Origin: Candidatus Aenigmatarchaeota archaeon
GTDB lineage: Archaea > Aenigmatarchaeota > Aenigmatarchaeia > GW2011-AR5 > GCA-2688965
NCBI GenBank assembly: GCA_043813745.1
Contig: JBDRKV010000027.1
Location: 1 to 43,566, forward strand
Length of the DNA stretch: 43,566 nucleotides
Reading direction: 5' to 3'
This document shows, piece by piece, positions 26,392 to 35,280 of the stretch (within the stretch, counting starts at the first letter, position 1; every line of letters starts with the position of its first letter). The notes beneath the pieces were generated by a model. The model saw only the letters and a program-made list of their open reading frames with translations, had not been told where the DNA came from and did not search any database. Both the position numbers and the translations under genes were made by a program.

Positions 26392-27195
26392 ATGTCATTT
26401 ACGCGCGTAGCATTATTGCTCGGGTTATTGACTGCCATATTCTTAGCTATCGGCTTCTTTTTTGCAGGCGTGGCTGGAGCAGGCGTTGCGCTAGTGCTTG
26501 CAGTGCTGATTAATTTCGTGAGCTACTGGTATTCTGACAAGATTGTCCTATCGATATACAAAGCAAAGCCTAGCGACAATAAAGAGCTGCATAAAATCGT
26601 GAAAGAGCTGGCGGAGAAGGCTAGTTTACCGATGCCGAAAATCTACACAATGGACATGGATATACCAAACGCGTTCGCGACTGGCCGCTCGCCCAAGCGT
26701 GCGGCTGTCTGTGTCACAAGGGGGTTGATGGAAAAGTTGAGCGAGCATGAACTTTCTGGAGTCATAGCGCACGAGCTCTCGCACATCAAAAATCGCGATA
26801 CATTGATATCCACTATGGCCGCGACCATAGCCGGAGCTGTTTCGTGGCTTGGCTATGCGTTCTGGCTCGGAGACCCAAGAAACAGAAATGCGTTTTCATT
26901 CATATTGATGTTTGTGCTCGCGCCCATAGCAGCTGCGCTCGTTCAGATGGCTATATCGCGCTCGCGAGAGTACTTAGCTGACGAGAGCGGCGCAAAGATT
27001 AGCAACCCGAACTGGTTGGCTGATGCGCTGGTTAAAATTTCTGACTCGACAAAAAATATGCGTCTGCGCGGAAACCATGCGAGCGCGCACATGTTCATAG
27101 TTAATCCATTCTCAGGCAGTGATTTTGTTTCGCTGTTCTCAACGCATCCGCCCACTGAAAAACGCGTTGCGAGGCTGAGACAGATGAAAAAATAG
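26392..27195 (+). CDS. htpX: M48 zinc metalloprotease HtpX
   Basis: TM helices, HELSHIKNRD (HExxH), and a downstream glutamate in SREYLADESG. Confidence 0.9.
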   Translation: MSFTRVALLLGLLTAIFLAIGFFFAGVAGAGVALVLAVLINFVSYWYSDKIVLSIYKAKPSDNKELHKIVKELAEKASLPMPKIYTMDMDIPNAFATGRSPKRAAVCVTRGLMEKLSEHELSGVIAHELSHIKNRDTLISTMAATIAGAVSWLGYAFWLGDPRNRNAFSFILMFVLAPIAAALVQMAISRSREYLADESGAKISNPNWLADALVKISDSTKNMRLRGNHASAHMFIVNPFSGSDFVSLFSTHPPTEKRVARLRQMKK

Positions 27196-27204
27196 AATAA
27201 AAAA

Positions 27205-27666
27205 TCATCCAACGCACTTGTTGTAAATGACCGGCTCGCCGCACTTAAGCCCGTTGAACTGTAAAACAAACGTCGCGGTCTGGCCCGGGCTTATGAACTG
27301 CCATTGCGTCTTCAACATCTTACCTACGCTTGCGCTATCGACTTTATACGTGACAACGAACCATCCGGCCTGTTTGTCGGTGTTCATCACTGTGACGCTG
27401 GCCTTCCTGGAGCATGCGCTTCCATCAATGGTTTCTCCTGAAAAGACATCGCTAACAATGCCGTGGCTCAGGTGGGCGCTGTTTTCGTAAACGCCTGGCT
27501 CGCCTGGAATCTGACATGTCGGCGAATCAATGAGCCGGCCTGTTGGCCCGGAAGCGAATATGTCAGAGCCAGATGAACCGCTACGAATACCTAGGAGATC
27601 TGTGCAGCCTGACACGGAAACGACCAGAGCGAGTATGCAAGCCAGCGTTAAAAAAGTGCGCTTCAT
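27205..27666 (-). CDS. Hypothetical lipoprotein
   Basis: Signal peptide with lipobox VSVSGC; 153 aa. Confidence 0.6.
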   Translation of the reverse strand: MKRTFLTLACILALVVSVSGCTDLLGIRSGSSGSDIFASGPTGRLIDSPTCQIPGEPGVYENSAHLSHGIVSDVFSGETIDGSACSRKASVTVMNTDKQAGWFVVTYKVDSASVGKMLKTQWQFISPGQTATFVLQFNGLKCGEPVIYNKCVG

Positions 27667-27784
27667 GATAGAATTTTAGGGGCGAGGTTTTTAAAGATGG
27701 TGGATTGAGGTTAAATTAACATTTTTAAACACAGCGTGGTATTAGAAAAGAAGTGATATATAATTATAATAGGAAGTTGATAAT

Positions 27785-27970
27785 ATGCCCAGGAAATTGC
27801 TGCCAGCAGTCATGCAACGCTTGTTCACTAACATGCATGTGTGCATGAACTGCAACTCGCGCATGCGCGCCAGTGTGAAGAAGGTCAGGGAAGGCAAAAT
27901 CAAGTGCCGCAAGTGCGGCTCGCGCGACTTACGTCTGAAAGCAAAAGAGCGCAGGGGCGCTGGCGTTTAG
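27785..27970 (+). CDS. rpl40e: 50S ribosomal protein L40e
   Basis: CMNC ... CRKCGSRDLRLKAKERRG matches the archaeal L40e zinc-ribbon pattern and size. Confidence 0.8.
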   Translation: MPRKLLPAVMQRLFTNMHVCMNCNSRMRASVKKVREGKIKCRKCGSRDLRLKAKERRGAGV

Positions 27971-28013
27971 TTCTGAAACTACGAGCGAACTTATAAATTT
28001 TATTTTCTTATCT

Positions 28014-28565
28014 ATGGTCATGCAATATGATGGAATAATTCTCTCTGGCTTTCCTGTTTCCGGAAAATCCACACTGGCAAAGAGATTATCCGGAATTTAT
28101 CAATGGCCTGTTTATTCTGTTAGCAAAGCGTTCAGGGACGCCTGGCAACAGAAATATCCTGATGGCAAAGTGACATTTGAAGAATATTGGAGAAATGAAA
28201 TAACCTTTGAACAAAACATGGATGTTAACGTAATAGCCCATGGGGTGTTTGAAAAGGGAAAAGTCATAGGCGAGACGAGATACACATACGCTTTCAGGGA
28301 TTTGCCTTTGCTGTTTGTTTTCCTTGCAGCGGATTTGGATGTCAGGGCTGAAAGGGGCAGCAAAGAACGGTATAAAGGCAACACACCAGAAGAAGTAAAA
28401 CGAATACTGCTGCAGCGCGAAAGCGATGAGCTAGTAACGGGATTCAAGCTGTTTGGGGACGATTATGACTGGCGGAAGCCACAACACTACCATCTTACGC
28501 TAAATTCTGGAATGCTGACAATGGAGCAAGAAATCGAAATTGTTAGAAGCGCGATGAATATTTGA
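28014..28565 (+). CDS. Cytidylate-kinase-like P-loop kinase (archaeal type)
   Basis: GFPVSGKSTLAKRL P-loop, and LAADLDVRAERGSKER resembling the archaeal CMP kinase lid region. Confidence 0.55.
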   Translation: MVMQYDGIILSGFPVSGKSTLAKRLSGIYQWPVYSVSKAFRDAWQQKYPDGKVTFEEYWRNEITFEQNMDVNVIAHGVFEKGKVIGETRYTYAFRDLPLLFVFLAADLDVRAERGSKERYKGNTPEEVKRILLQRESDELVTGFKLFGDDYDWRKPQHYHLTLNSGMLTMEQEIEIVRSAMNI

Positions 28566-28583
28566 TATGCTTAAAAATTCCAT

Positions 28584-29402
28584 ATGCCTATTAGAATTAT
28601 GAATGTTTTCCTGGAAATCATACGGCCCAAGAACTGCATCATGGCGTTCATTGCCGTGTGGGTCGGCTGTCTTATTGCTGCCGGAACGCCTGTTTTCAGC
28701 AATCTTATCTTGTATACAATGGTTTCTGCGTTTGTTATATGCGCTGCAGGCATGATTGTTAATGATTATTTTGACATGTATGTTGACAAGATAAACAAGC
28801 CTAAAAGGCCGCTGCCTTCTGGGCGCATTGATCCGAAAACCGCTATTTTCTATGCTGTTGTATTGTTCGCAATCGGCATCGTACTTGCCTATCTTGTAAA
28901 TGCATACGTGTTTGCCATAGCCATTATAAACGCTGTTGTTGCAATCATGTATGCGTGGCGCGTCAAGCGCTTCAAGTTCATAGGTAATTTCTTAGTGTCC
29001 TGGCTTGTGGGCTCGTTGTTCATATACGCTGGTTTTGTTATCGGCAATGTTGGCCCGATGATAATACTTGCTCTCTTGGCCATACTCACGAATACCGGGC
29101 GCGAAATATACAAGGACGCCGAGGACCTTGTCGGAGACAAGTCCCAGGGCGTAAAGACGTTTGCCACGCGATTTGGCAGCAGGGCTGCCATGAGAATAGG
29201 CAACGTGTTCACGCTGGCGGCTGTATTACTTTCTTACGTGCCTTATCACCTGGGTATGTTCTCGTTCGCGTACGTGCCTGTCGTGCTCGTGGCGGACATA
29301 ATCTTCATCATAGCTATGCTCTCACGTTCGAAGCGCGCGGCTAAATTTAGCATACTCGCGATGCTCGTCGCGCTGATTGCGTTCGTAGCGGGCGCTTTAT
29401 AG
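28584..29402 (+). CDS. UbiA-family prenyltransferase, DGGGP-synthase-like
   Basis: NDYFDMYVDKINKPKRPLPSG Asp-rich motif, second motif YKDAEDLVGD, about 8 TM helices. Confidence 0.85.
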   Translation: MPIRIMNVFLEIIRPKNCIMAFIAVWVGCLIAAGTPVFSNLILYTMVSAFVICAAGMIVNDYFDMYVDKINKPKRPLPSGRIDPKTAIFYAVVLFAIGIVLAYLVNAYVFAIAIINAVVAIMYAWRVKRFKFIGNFLVSWLVGSLFIYAGFVIGNVGPMIILALLAILTNTGREIYKDAEDLVGDKSQGVKTFATRFGSRAAMRIGNVFTLAAVLLSYVPYHLGMFSFAYVPVVLVADIIFIIAMLSRSKRAAKFSILAMLVALIAFVAGAL

Positions 29403-29512
29403 ACATCGCATCAAACAAATCTTTTAATATTCTTTTCATTAATTGAGTTAAGCAGCCTTTCTTGTAAGAAAGGCTCCTTGGCATCCAAAGAACAGAGGAC
29501 TGGTGTAAATAT

Positions 29513-29830
29513 ATGGCTGAACTGACTAAAATTGCAGCAATAATAACCCCGACGGGAATAAAGCCCTCGGACTCGGCTTATCATACGTGGCGCGACCTGC
29601 TAAACAAGAAAAAGCGTCCGGCTGGAAAGTGCCGCATACTTGTGTTGAAAGCTGATAACATCGTGCGCTGCGAATACTTGTGCCCGGAATGCGGGCACAA
29701 CGGCTACATTGAACAGCCGTGGGTAAAACCCATTTTCTTCAACTGCCAGAAGTGCAAAGCGAAGATTACCGTGTCTAAGCTAAAAGACCAGATAAAAAAA
29801 GAGAGCAAGGCTGCAAAGAAAGCTGATTAG
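29513..29830 (+). CDS. Zinc-ribbon protein, Lys-rich C-terminus
   Basis: CPECG ... CQKC. No family recognised. Confidence 0.5.
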   Translation: MAELTKIAAIITPTGIKPSDSAYHTWRDLLNKKKRPAGKCRILVLKADNIVRCEYLCPECGHNGYIEQPWVKPIFFNCQKCKAKITVSKLKDQIKKESKAAKKAD

Positions 29831-29831
29831 T

Positions 29832-30098
29832 TTACGGATGCGGGCGCGTCCTGTTCCAATCCTTTACTGCTTTTTTCAACTTTTCAATTCGTGTTTTTCC
29901 GCGATAGTGCGGCAGGCGACTTTTCAAGAATGGCTCTATGTTTCCAGGCAGCCAAAAGAAGCTCGGACCGCCGGAATCGCTTAGACTATTAAATTTCAGA
30001 TCTCTGTGGTTTTTTCCTTTATAACAGACGCTTACTCTGTCAGGGACATTATTGACTAGGTTATAGTTATGACAAGGACCGCACGAATATCTATGCAT
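29832..30098 (-). CDS. Hypothetical protein (88 aa), third gene of the metallopeptidase operon
   Basis: ATG 30098 overlaps the upstream stop by 8 nt (ATGCATAG). Confidence 0.45.
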   Translation of the reverse strand: MHRYSCGPCHNYNLVNNVPDRVSVCYKGKNHRDLKFNSLSDSGGPSFFWLPGNIEPFLKSRLPHYRGKTRIEKLKKAVKDWNRTRPHP

Positions 30099-30339
30099 TT
30101 TTATCACCTGTCCGTACTCTCTGCCATTCCTGGAAAGCTTGCTTGAACTGTTTTCCTGTGTAGGGCTTGCTAAAATCAACATGCGGGAGATAATGTCGAT
30201 CTAGCATTTCTATAGGCACAATGCCTTCCTCTGTTTTACCATCGTATGTTATTTTACATGGTAGGAAATTGACGTGTCTTTTGGCTTTGCAATGCATACT
30301 GATTCTTGCATTATCCGGTATATCTAAAATGTTAATCAT
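30091..30339 (-). CDS. Hypothetical protein (82 aa), second gene of the metallopeptidase operon
   Basis: ATG 30339 overlaps the upstream stop by 8 nt (ATGATTAA). Confidence 0.5.
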   Translation of the reverse strand: MINILDIPDNARISMHCKAKRHVNFLPCKITYDGKTEEGIVPIEMLDRHYLPHVDFSKPYTGKQFKQAFQEWQRVRTGDKNA

Positions 30340-30703
30340 TCTTCAACATCCTGTACATTGTATCCACATTGTGACGGGTAACATGATTAGAGTGGTGCAA
30401 AAATCCGCCGCCCATGGACTTCGGAACGTGCATTAATTCATGTATTATGGTTTTAATTTTTTCTTCGTCGCTCATCTTGTCGAATGCCTCGGAAATGACC
30501 TCTATAACATAAAACGACTTTTTGTGCCCCAGGGCTGTGCGCATGATGCGCGACATGCTGTGGCACCGGGCTGTTGTTAACATGGCTTTGGAGCCATGTG
30601 AACGCACAAACATAACAAATGTTGGATCCATGGGCAAGCCTAGTTTTCTGATTATCCTCATCGCCGCTTCCTGGATGTCGGGTGCGGGCTCGTAGCGAAT
30701 CAT
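30332..30703 (-). CDS. Small predicted zinc metallopeptidase (HExxH)
   Basis: IIHELMHV motif plus downstream His residues (HHSNH). The ~120 aa size resembles the archaeal predicted-metallopeptidase / SprT-like minimal fold. Confidence 0.6.
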   Translation of the reverse strand: MIRYEPAPDIQEAAMRIIRKLGLPMDPTFVMFVRSHGSKAMLTTARCHSMSRIMRTALGHKKSFYVIEVISEAFDKMSDEEKIKTIIHELMHVPKSMGGGFLHHSNHVTRHNVDTMYRMLKND

Positions 30704-30829
30704 GTTTTAATAATGTTCGCTATAAATTTAAAGTAAGCTGTAAAAAAACAATTTCTTTAAGCTCCACTTTGCATACTTTTCACGCGCTCCAGGCAATTAG
30801 TTATAAGTTGGTTTTATTTTATAGTAATT

Positions 30830-31459
30830 ATGGAAATCAATGAAATATATTTAGATAGTGAATTAGCTGAGTTAATAGGAGCTTTCATTGGCGATGGGTT
30901 TATCGGTAGGTATGGTGGTAGTTATCATGTGGAATTCGTAGGAAATATAAAATTAGATCGTGATTACTTAATGTACCTTTCTAACATAATAACATCGCAT
31001 TTTAATGTAAAACCAAGAACTGTAATTCACGCTGGTGCAATTAGATTAATTATAACATACAAGGAGTTGCATACATTTTTTAAGAATATTGGATTCACCG
31101 ATGGTATCAAAAATAAGTCGGTTTCTATTCCTGAAAATTTACTTAATTCGGATTTGATAAAACACCTAGTGAGAGGTTTGTTCGATACGGATGGTTACTT
31201 GTTCATCGATAGACGAAAAATATACAAAACTCCTTATGTTAGAATCGGGTTATCTACAAAGAGCCAGTTGTTATTTCAACAGATGAAATCCTTACTTATT
31301 GAGAATGGTTATAAACTTTATACGAGAGTTGACAGGCGCTATAACATTTATAATCTTGAAATATATGGAAATATACAAGTAACCCGTTGGATTAAGGAAT
31401 ACGGGTTTTCAAATAAAAACAAGAAGAATCTTGCCTCAGTAGCTCAGTTGGTATCTTGA
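30830..31459 (+). mobile_element. Free-standing double-motif LAGLIDADG homing endonuclease ORF
   Basis: Two LAGLIDADG motifs (LAELIGAFIGDGFIG and LVRGLFDTDGYLF). Visibly AT-richer than its surroundings. Its last 27 nt overlap tRNA-Thr exon 1 and intron 1. Confidence 0.85.
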
Positions 31460-31576
31460 CGAATGTCAAGAGTTTGAGTCCGCCAAGACGATAGAGAGCG
31501 TTAAACGTTTCGGTTTCGAAATGTTCGCTAAACCTTGGTAAGGTAAAGGTCGCGAGTTCAATCCTCGTCTGAGGCT
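31433..31576 (+). tRNA. tRNA-Thr (anticodon GGT) with two non-canonical BHB introns
   Basis: Exons 31433-31452, 31495-31502 and 31532-31576. They splice to a 73-nt cloverleaf: GCCTCAG TA GCTC AGTTGGTA GAGC G TTACC TTGGTAA GGTAA AGGTC GCGAG TTCAATC CTCGT CTGAGGC T. Introns are 42 nt (position 20/21) and 29 nt (position 28/29). Each is flanked by 3-nt bulges around a 4-bp helix. Confidence 0.85.
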
Positions 31577-31950
31577 TTTATGGAGCAATCGTCGCCGAAT
31601 CGGAAAACATATAACTCGATATTGAAGGCATTCGGCTGCCTATAATCGCGCTCAACAAGAATGCCTATGCGGTCTTTTTTATCTGTGCGGCGTTCAATAG
31701 CTGGCGTGAGGTGTTTTGGTTGTTTTTGAATATTTTCAAATGCCTGCTCTTCATCTCCATTGTACACAAAAGTGAATGACGAAACCCGCGCCTGAGGCGC
31801 GGTAGAATATTTTGCATGAGGCGCTACAGGGTCAATGTGGTCCGTGAGAATGATATGGTTTTTATTTTCATCACTTTTATGAATAAAAATACAGACTAAA
31901 CCGCTGTCTTTTCCTACTTCTTTTCTGAGCCTGTAGATAGGTTTAACCAT
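31558..31950 (-). CDS. Hypothetical protein (130 aa); its 3' end overlaps tRNA-Thr antisense
   Basis: ORF track. Its last ~19 nt are antisense to the tRNA T-arm and acceptor. Confidence 0.45.
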   Translation of the reverse strand: MVKPIYRLRKEVGKDSGLVCIFIHKSDENKNHIILTDHIDPVAPHAKYSTAPQARVSSFTFVYNGDEEQAFENIQKQPKHLTPAIERRTDKKDRIGILVERDYRQPNAFNIELYVFRFGDDCSIKASDED

Positions 31951-31987
31951 ATAATCATAAGATTTCTGAATTTTTTAAGGGTTGTTT

Positions 31988-32230
31988 TCATGCATCAGAC
32001 ATGAAATATTTTTCAACTGCTTCAGTGACAACAGGGCATCTTTTCTTTGAAATAATGCAGACGCGTTCCCTGCCTTTGCGAGATGCTTTATAGTGAGGGC
32101 AGGTGTTTGTGATAACCAGATTGCCTTCTCTTTTTAACACTGAAACAGTAGCATGCTCTGACAAATCCAATAGATCCATGAGTGAATCAGCATAACATAA
32201 TGCTTCCTGCTTGACTGGACTGCTTTGCAT
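31988..32230 (-). CDS. Hypothetical small protein (80 aa)
   Basis: The C-terminal 80 aa of the 154-aa ORF look protein-like. Start set at ATG 32230, which leaves a 51-bp divergent promoter gap. Confidence 0.35.
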   Translation of the reverse strand: MQSSPVKQEALCYADSLMDLLDLSEHATVSVLKREGNLVITNTCPHYKASRKGRERVCIISKKRCPVVTEAVEKYFMSDA

Positions 32231-32281
32231 GATTGTAATTTTCCAAGAAGCTTTAAAAGCGTTTCCCACAATAATGGGAAA

Positions 32282-32683
32282 ATGAAAAACAAGCCTGAAA
32301 TTAAAATGTATGCTGGCAAGTTGCAGGATGTGAAATATATTAGTGATGGGCATGGGAATGCAGTAACTAAATTCGCACTTTCGCTGTCTGACACTGGCAC
32401 AATGAATTGTGGTGTTGTCCATTTCTGGATTCCGCAACATTATCGTTCGCATCAGGTTGTAATAACGGCTTCTGAAAAGCCCAAGCGCATACCTAGACTC
32501 AAAAAACGCAGGGAATACCTGATACCAGGGAAGCTGGTTCGTCTACCCAAACCTGATGCTTTTGGAAACGCACAAGTAATCGAACGCGACGAAACATTAC
32601 CAGCCATGCGCGCGTCCATGACTGTTGTCGGAAACGGGCGGGTAATATATAATTATAGAACCAGGACGTATCCTGCGGATTAG
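32282..32683 (+). CDS. Hypothetical protein (133 aa)
   Basis: Start set at ATG 32282 (MKNKPEIK). Divergent from 31988..32230. Confidence 0.4.
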   Translation: MKNKPEIKMYAGKLQDVKYISDGHGNAVTKFALSLSDTGTMNCGVVHFWIPQHYRSHQVVITASEKPKRIPRLKKRREYLIPGKLVRLPKPDAFGNAQVIERDETLPAMRASMTVVGNGRVIYNYRTRTYPAD

Positions 32684-32741
32684 GTAAAAAACCCTAATAA
32701 ATGGGGCTGCTTATAAATACCCGGAAACCAAAGAAAGGATT

Positions 32742-34790
32742 ATGAGCAAAAACATTCCGTTTGCGATATTTTTCATCTGCCTGCTTGTAGCAGGCCTGGT
32801 GATAAGCGTATTCAATCCAGAGCCTGTCGTGCAGAACACGGTGAAGAAATTCAATTCTTATGACGAGCTTGCGGAGTTCGTTAAGACGAACAGCCAGCAG
32901 GCTGGATACGGTTATGGCTTGTTTGAAACCACGACTGCGATGAGAACGACGTCTGCCGATAGCAGCGCGTTGGCTGGCTCCGGCGCTGCGGACTATTCGC
33001 AGACCAACATCCAGGTCGAGGGCGTGGATGAAGCAGACATCGTGAAGAATGACGGCAGGTATATCTATACTGTTTCCGGGAATTCTGTTTCCATCGTTGA
33101 CGCGTTTCCTGCAGAAAACGCTAAAATCGTCGCGAATATAACTTTTGATTCGCAGCCCATGGAAATTTACATAAATGGCGACAAGCTTGTCGTGTTCGGT
33201 AATGAATATAATTACGGCTCCAACGCTTTTGTAAAGGTGTATGATGTAACCGACAGGGCTAATCCTACGTTAACGCGTGATGTTTCCATCAACGGGAGCT
33301 ATTATGGTTCAAGGATGATTGGAGATTATATCTACGTCATTGCGCCGCAATTTATCTACTACTACAACGAAAATCCTATACCAATGCCTGTGATAACCGA
33401 CAGCGGCGTGACAAAGACAGTCGCTGCTAGCGAGATTTATTATTTTGACGTGCCTGACACGTCCTACCAGTTCACAAACATTGTTTCTGTGAACACGCAG
33501 AACGACAACGAAGCGATAAAAGAAAAAACGTTCCTGATGGGAAATACGCAGAACCTGTTTGTTTCAACGGATAATATATATGTGGTCTACACAAAATACC
33601 TCAGCCAGAAGGACTATTACATAGAAATCATAGAAAAGGCGATATTGCCCATAATCCCGGCTGACATTGCCAGCCAGATTAATGAAATACGCAATGACGA
33701 AAAAATGGCTGAGTGGGAGAAATGGTCGAAGATACAGACAGTTGTTGCTGATTATTCTGAGAGCCTGACAGGCGACGCGAAATCAACGTTTGACGCAGAA
33801 CTGCAGAAGAAAACGCAGGATGTTACGCAGGAGATATCAAAACGCTCTGAGCAGACAATCGTACACAAGATCGCGATATCCAACGGCAATATTGAATACA
33901 AAACCAACGGCAAGGTGCCTGGCCACACGTTGAACCAGTTCTCAATGGACGAATACAACGGTTACTTCAGGATTGCAACAACGACTGGTGGTGGATGGAT
34001 AAACGGTGCTAGTACATCTGCAAATCATGTTTATGTGCTTGATAACAGCTTACAAGTAACTGGCAAGCTGGAGGACCTCGCAAAAGGCGAGCGCATATAT
34101 TCTGTGAGATTCATGGGCAACAAGGCGTACATGGTCACATTCAGGCAAATCGACCCTTTATTTGTTATAGACTTGAGCGATCCATCAGCTCCAAGCGTGC
34201 TTGGATTTTTAAAAATCCCTGGTGTTTCGGACTATTTGCATCCTTATGATGAAACGCATGTCATAGGCGTTGGAAGAGACGCTACTGAAGAAGGTCGCAT
34301 AACAGGCATGAAGCTGTCCTTGTTCGATGTCAGTGATGTGGCTAACCCGACAGAGGTTTCTAAATATATGATTGGCACGCGAGGAACTAATTCAGAAGCG
34401 CTCAATGACCATAAGGCATTCTTGTTTGACAAAGCGAAAAACCTTTTGGTAATACCTGTCACGATTTACGAAGAGGATTATAGAAACCAGTGGAACGGCG
34501 CCATGGTGTTCTCAGTAGACCTTACAGATGGATTCGTGCTCAAAGGAAAGATAACGCACACAAATGCAACTTCTGGCAGCGGGACTGAAAATTATTATTA
34601 CTATGACTGGAGCCGCCAGATAAAGCGCTCGCTGTACATGGACGATACGCTCTATACGATATCAAACAGCATGATAAAGGCGAACAGCCTGGCGGATTTG
34701 AGCGAGCTCGGCGTGGTTGAGTTGCCGTATTCGCAATCATATGGACCGTATGTTTACAGAACTGGCGTTGGCGTGATAGGCATTGAATAA
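32742..34790 (+). CDS. Secreted beta-propeller-domain protein (COG4880-like)
   Basis: N-terminal TM/signal segment. YSQTNIQVEGVDEADIVKNDGRYIYTV and later FRQIDPLFVIDLSDPSAP / LHPYDE motifs are typical of this family. Confidence 0.75.
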   Translation: MSKNIPFAIFFICLLVAGLVISVFNPEPVVQNTVKKFNSYDELAEFVKTNSQQAGYGYGLFETTTAMRTTSADSSALAGSGAADYSQTNIQVEGVDEADIVKNDGRYIYTVSGNSVSIVDAFPAENAKIVANITFDSQPMEIYINGDKLVVFGNEYNYGSNAFVKVYDVTDRANPTLTRDVSINGSYYGSRMIGDYIYVIAPQFIYYYNENPIPMPVITDSGVTKTVAASEIYYFDVPDTSYQFTNIVSVNTQNDNEAIKEKTFLMGNTQNLFVSTDNIYVVYTKYLSQKDYYIEIIEKAILPIIPADIASQINEIRNDEKMAEWEKWSKIQTVVADYSESLTGDAKSTFDAELQKKTQDVTQEISKRSEQTIVHKIAISNGNIEYKTNGKVPGHTLNQFSMDEYNGYFRIATTTGGGWINGASTSANHVYVLDNSLQVTGKLEDLAKGERIYSVRFMGNKAYMVTFRQIDPLFVIDLSDPSAPSVLGFLKIPGVSDYLHPYDETHVIGVGRDATEEGRITGMKLSLFDVSDVANPTEVSKYMIGTRGTNSEALNDHKAFLFDKAKNLLVIPVTIYEEDYRNQWNGAMVFSVDLTDGFVLKGKITHTNATSGSGTENYYYYDWSRQIKRSLYMDDTLYTISNSMIKANSLADLSELGVVELPYSQSYGPYVYRTGVGVIGIE

Positions 34791-35246
34791 TCAGTCAATC
34801 AGCCCGGCTTTCTTCAAATCAGGAATAAGAAAATCCTCGTTTATGGACGCGACCTTGATGCCTTTGTTTTTATAAGAACTACCCAGCCAGATGAGCTCAT
34901 TGATTTCTTGTGACGCCTTGGGAATGCCTTTAATATCGACAAAAAACGTGTCCATGCTAACCAATGTATCTTTATCCTTGAAATGCGGAGCTTCGTATGT
35001 TTTGAAGAACTTCATGGAAGCGAGCTCTACGTCTAGCTCTTCTTTGAGCTCCCGGGCTAATGTCTGTTCCACGGACTCGCTGGCTTTTGGCCGGCCGCCA
35101 GGTATGATGAAGTGCTCTTCGTCGTATTTGCGGCACATTAGCAACTTTTTGTTTTTTATTATGATGCCGGCGATTTTGTGATGGATCCGCGGATGAAAAC
35201 CTTTAGTTTTCTCCGGGATATTTTTGCTTCGCGAAAATATTATCAT
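34791..35246 (-). CDS. NUDIX hydrolase
   Basis: Nudix box GGRPKASESVEQTLARELKEELDV. Confidence 0.85.
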   Translation of the reverse strand: MIIFSRSKNIPEKTKGFHPRIHHKIAGIIIKNKKLLMCRKYDEEHFIIPGGRPKASESVEQTLARELKEELDVELASMKFFKTYEAPHFKDKDTLVSMDTFFVDIKGIPKASQEINELIWLGSSYKNKGIKVASINEDFLIPDLKKAGLID

Positions 35247-35280
35247 AATTAAGAATTTGTCCGCATGCTTTAAACTGTTT

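Noticed and set aside
30091-30182. Overlapping ORFs 29832..30182 and 30091..30339 as a frameshifted pseudogene
   Set aside because: An internal ATG at 30098 gives an 8-nt start/stop overlap identical in form to the upstream junction at 30332-30339. This favours two coupled genes.
31433-31453. An isolated tRNA 5' fragment acting as an att-type duplication left by the LAGLIDADG element
   Set aside because: The fragment pairs perfectly with the only matching 3' acceptor strand (31569-31575). With two BHB-bounded excisions it yields a complete canonical tRNA-Thr.
30720-32700. A complete integrated mobile element at tRNA-Thr
   Set aside because: No integrase, transposase or terminal/direct repeats of the tRNA were found. 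Only the compositional shift and orphan genes support it, so it is reported as a low-confidence finding rather than a feature.
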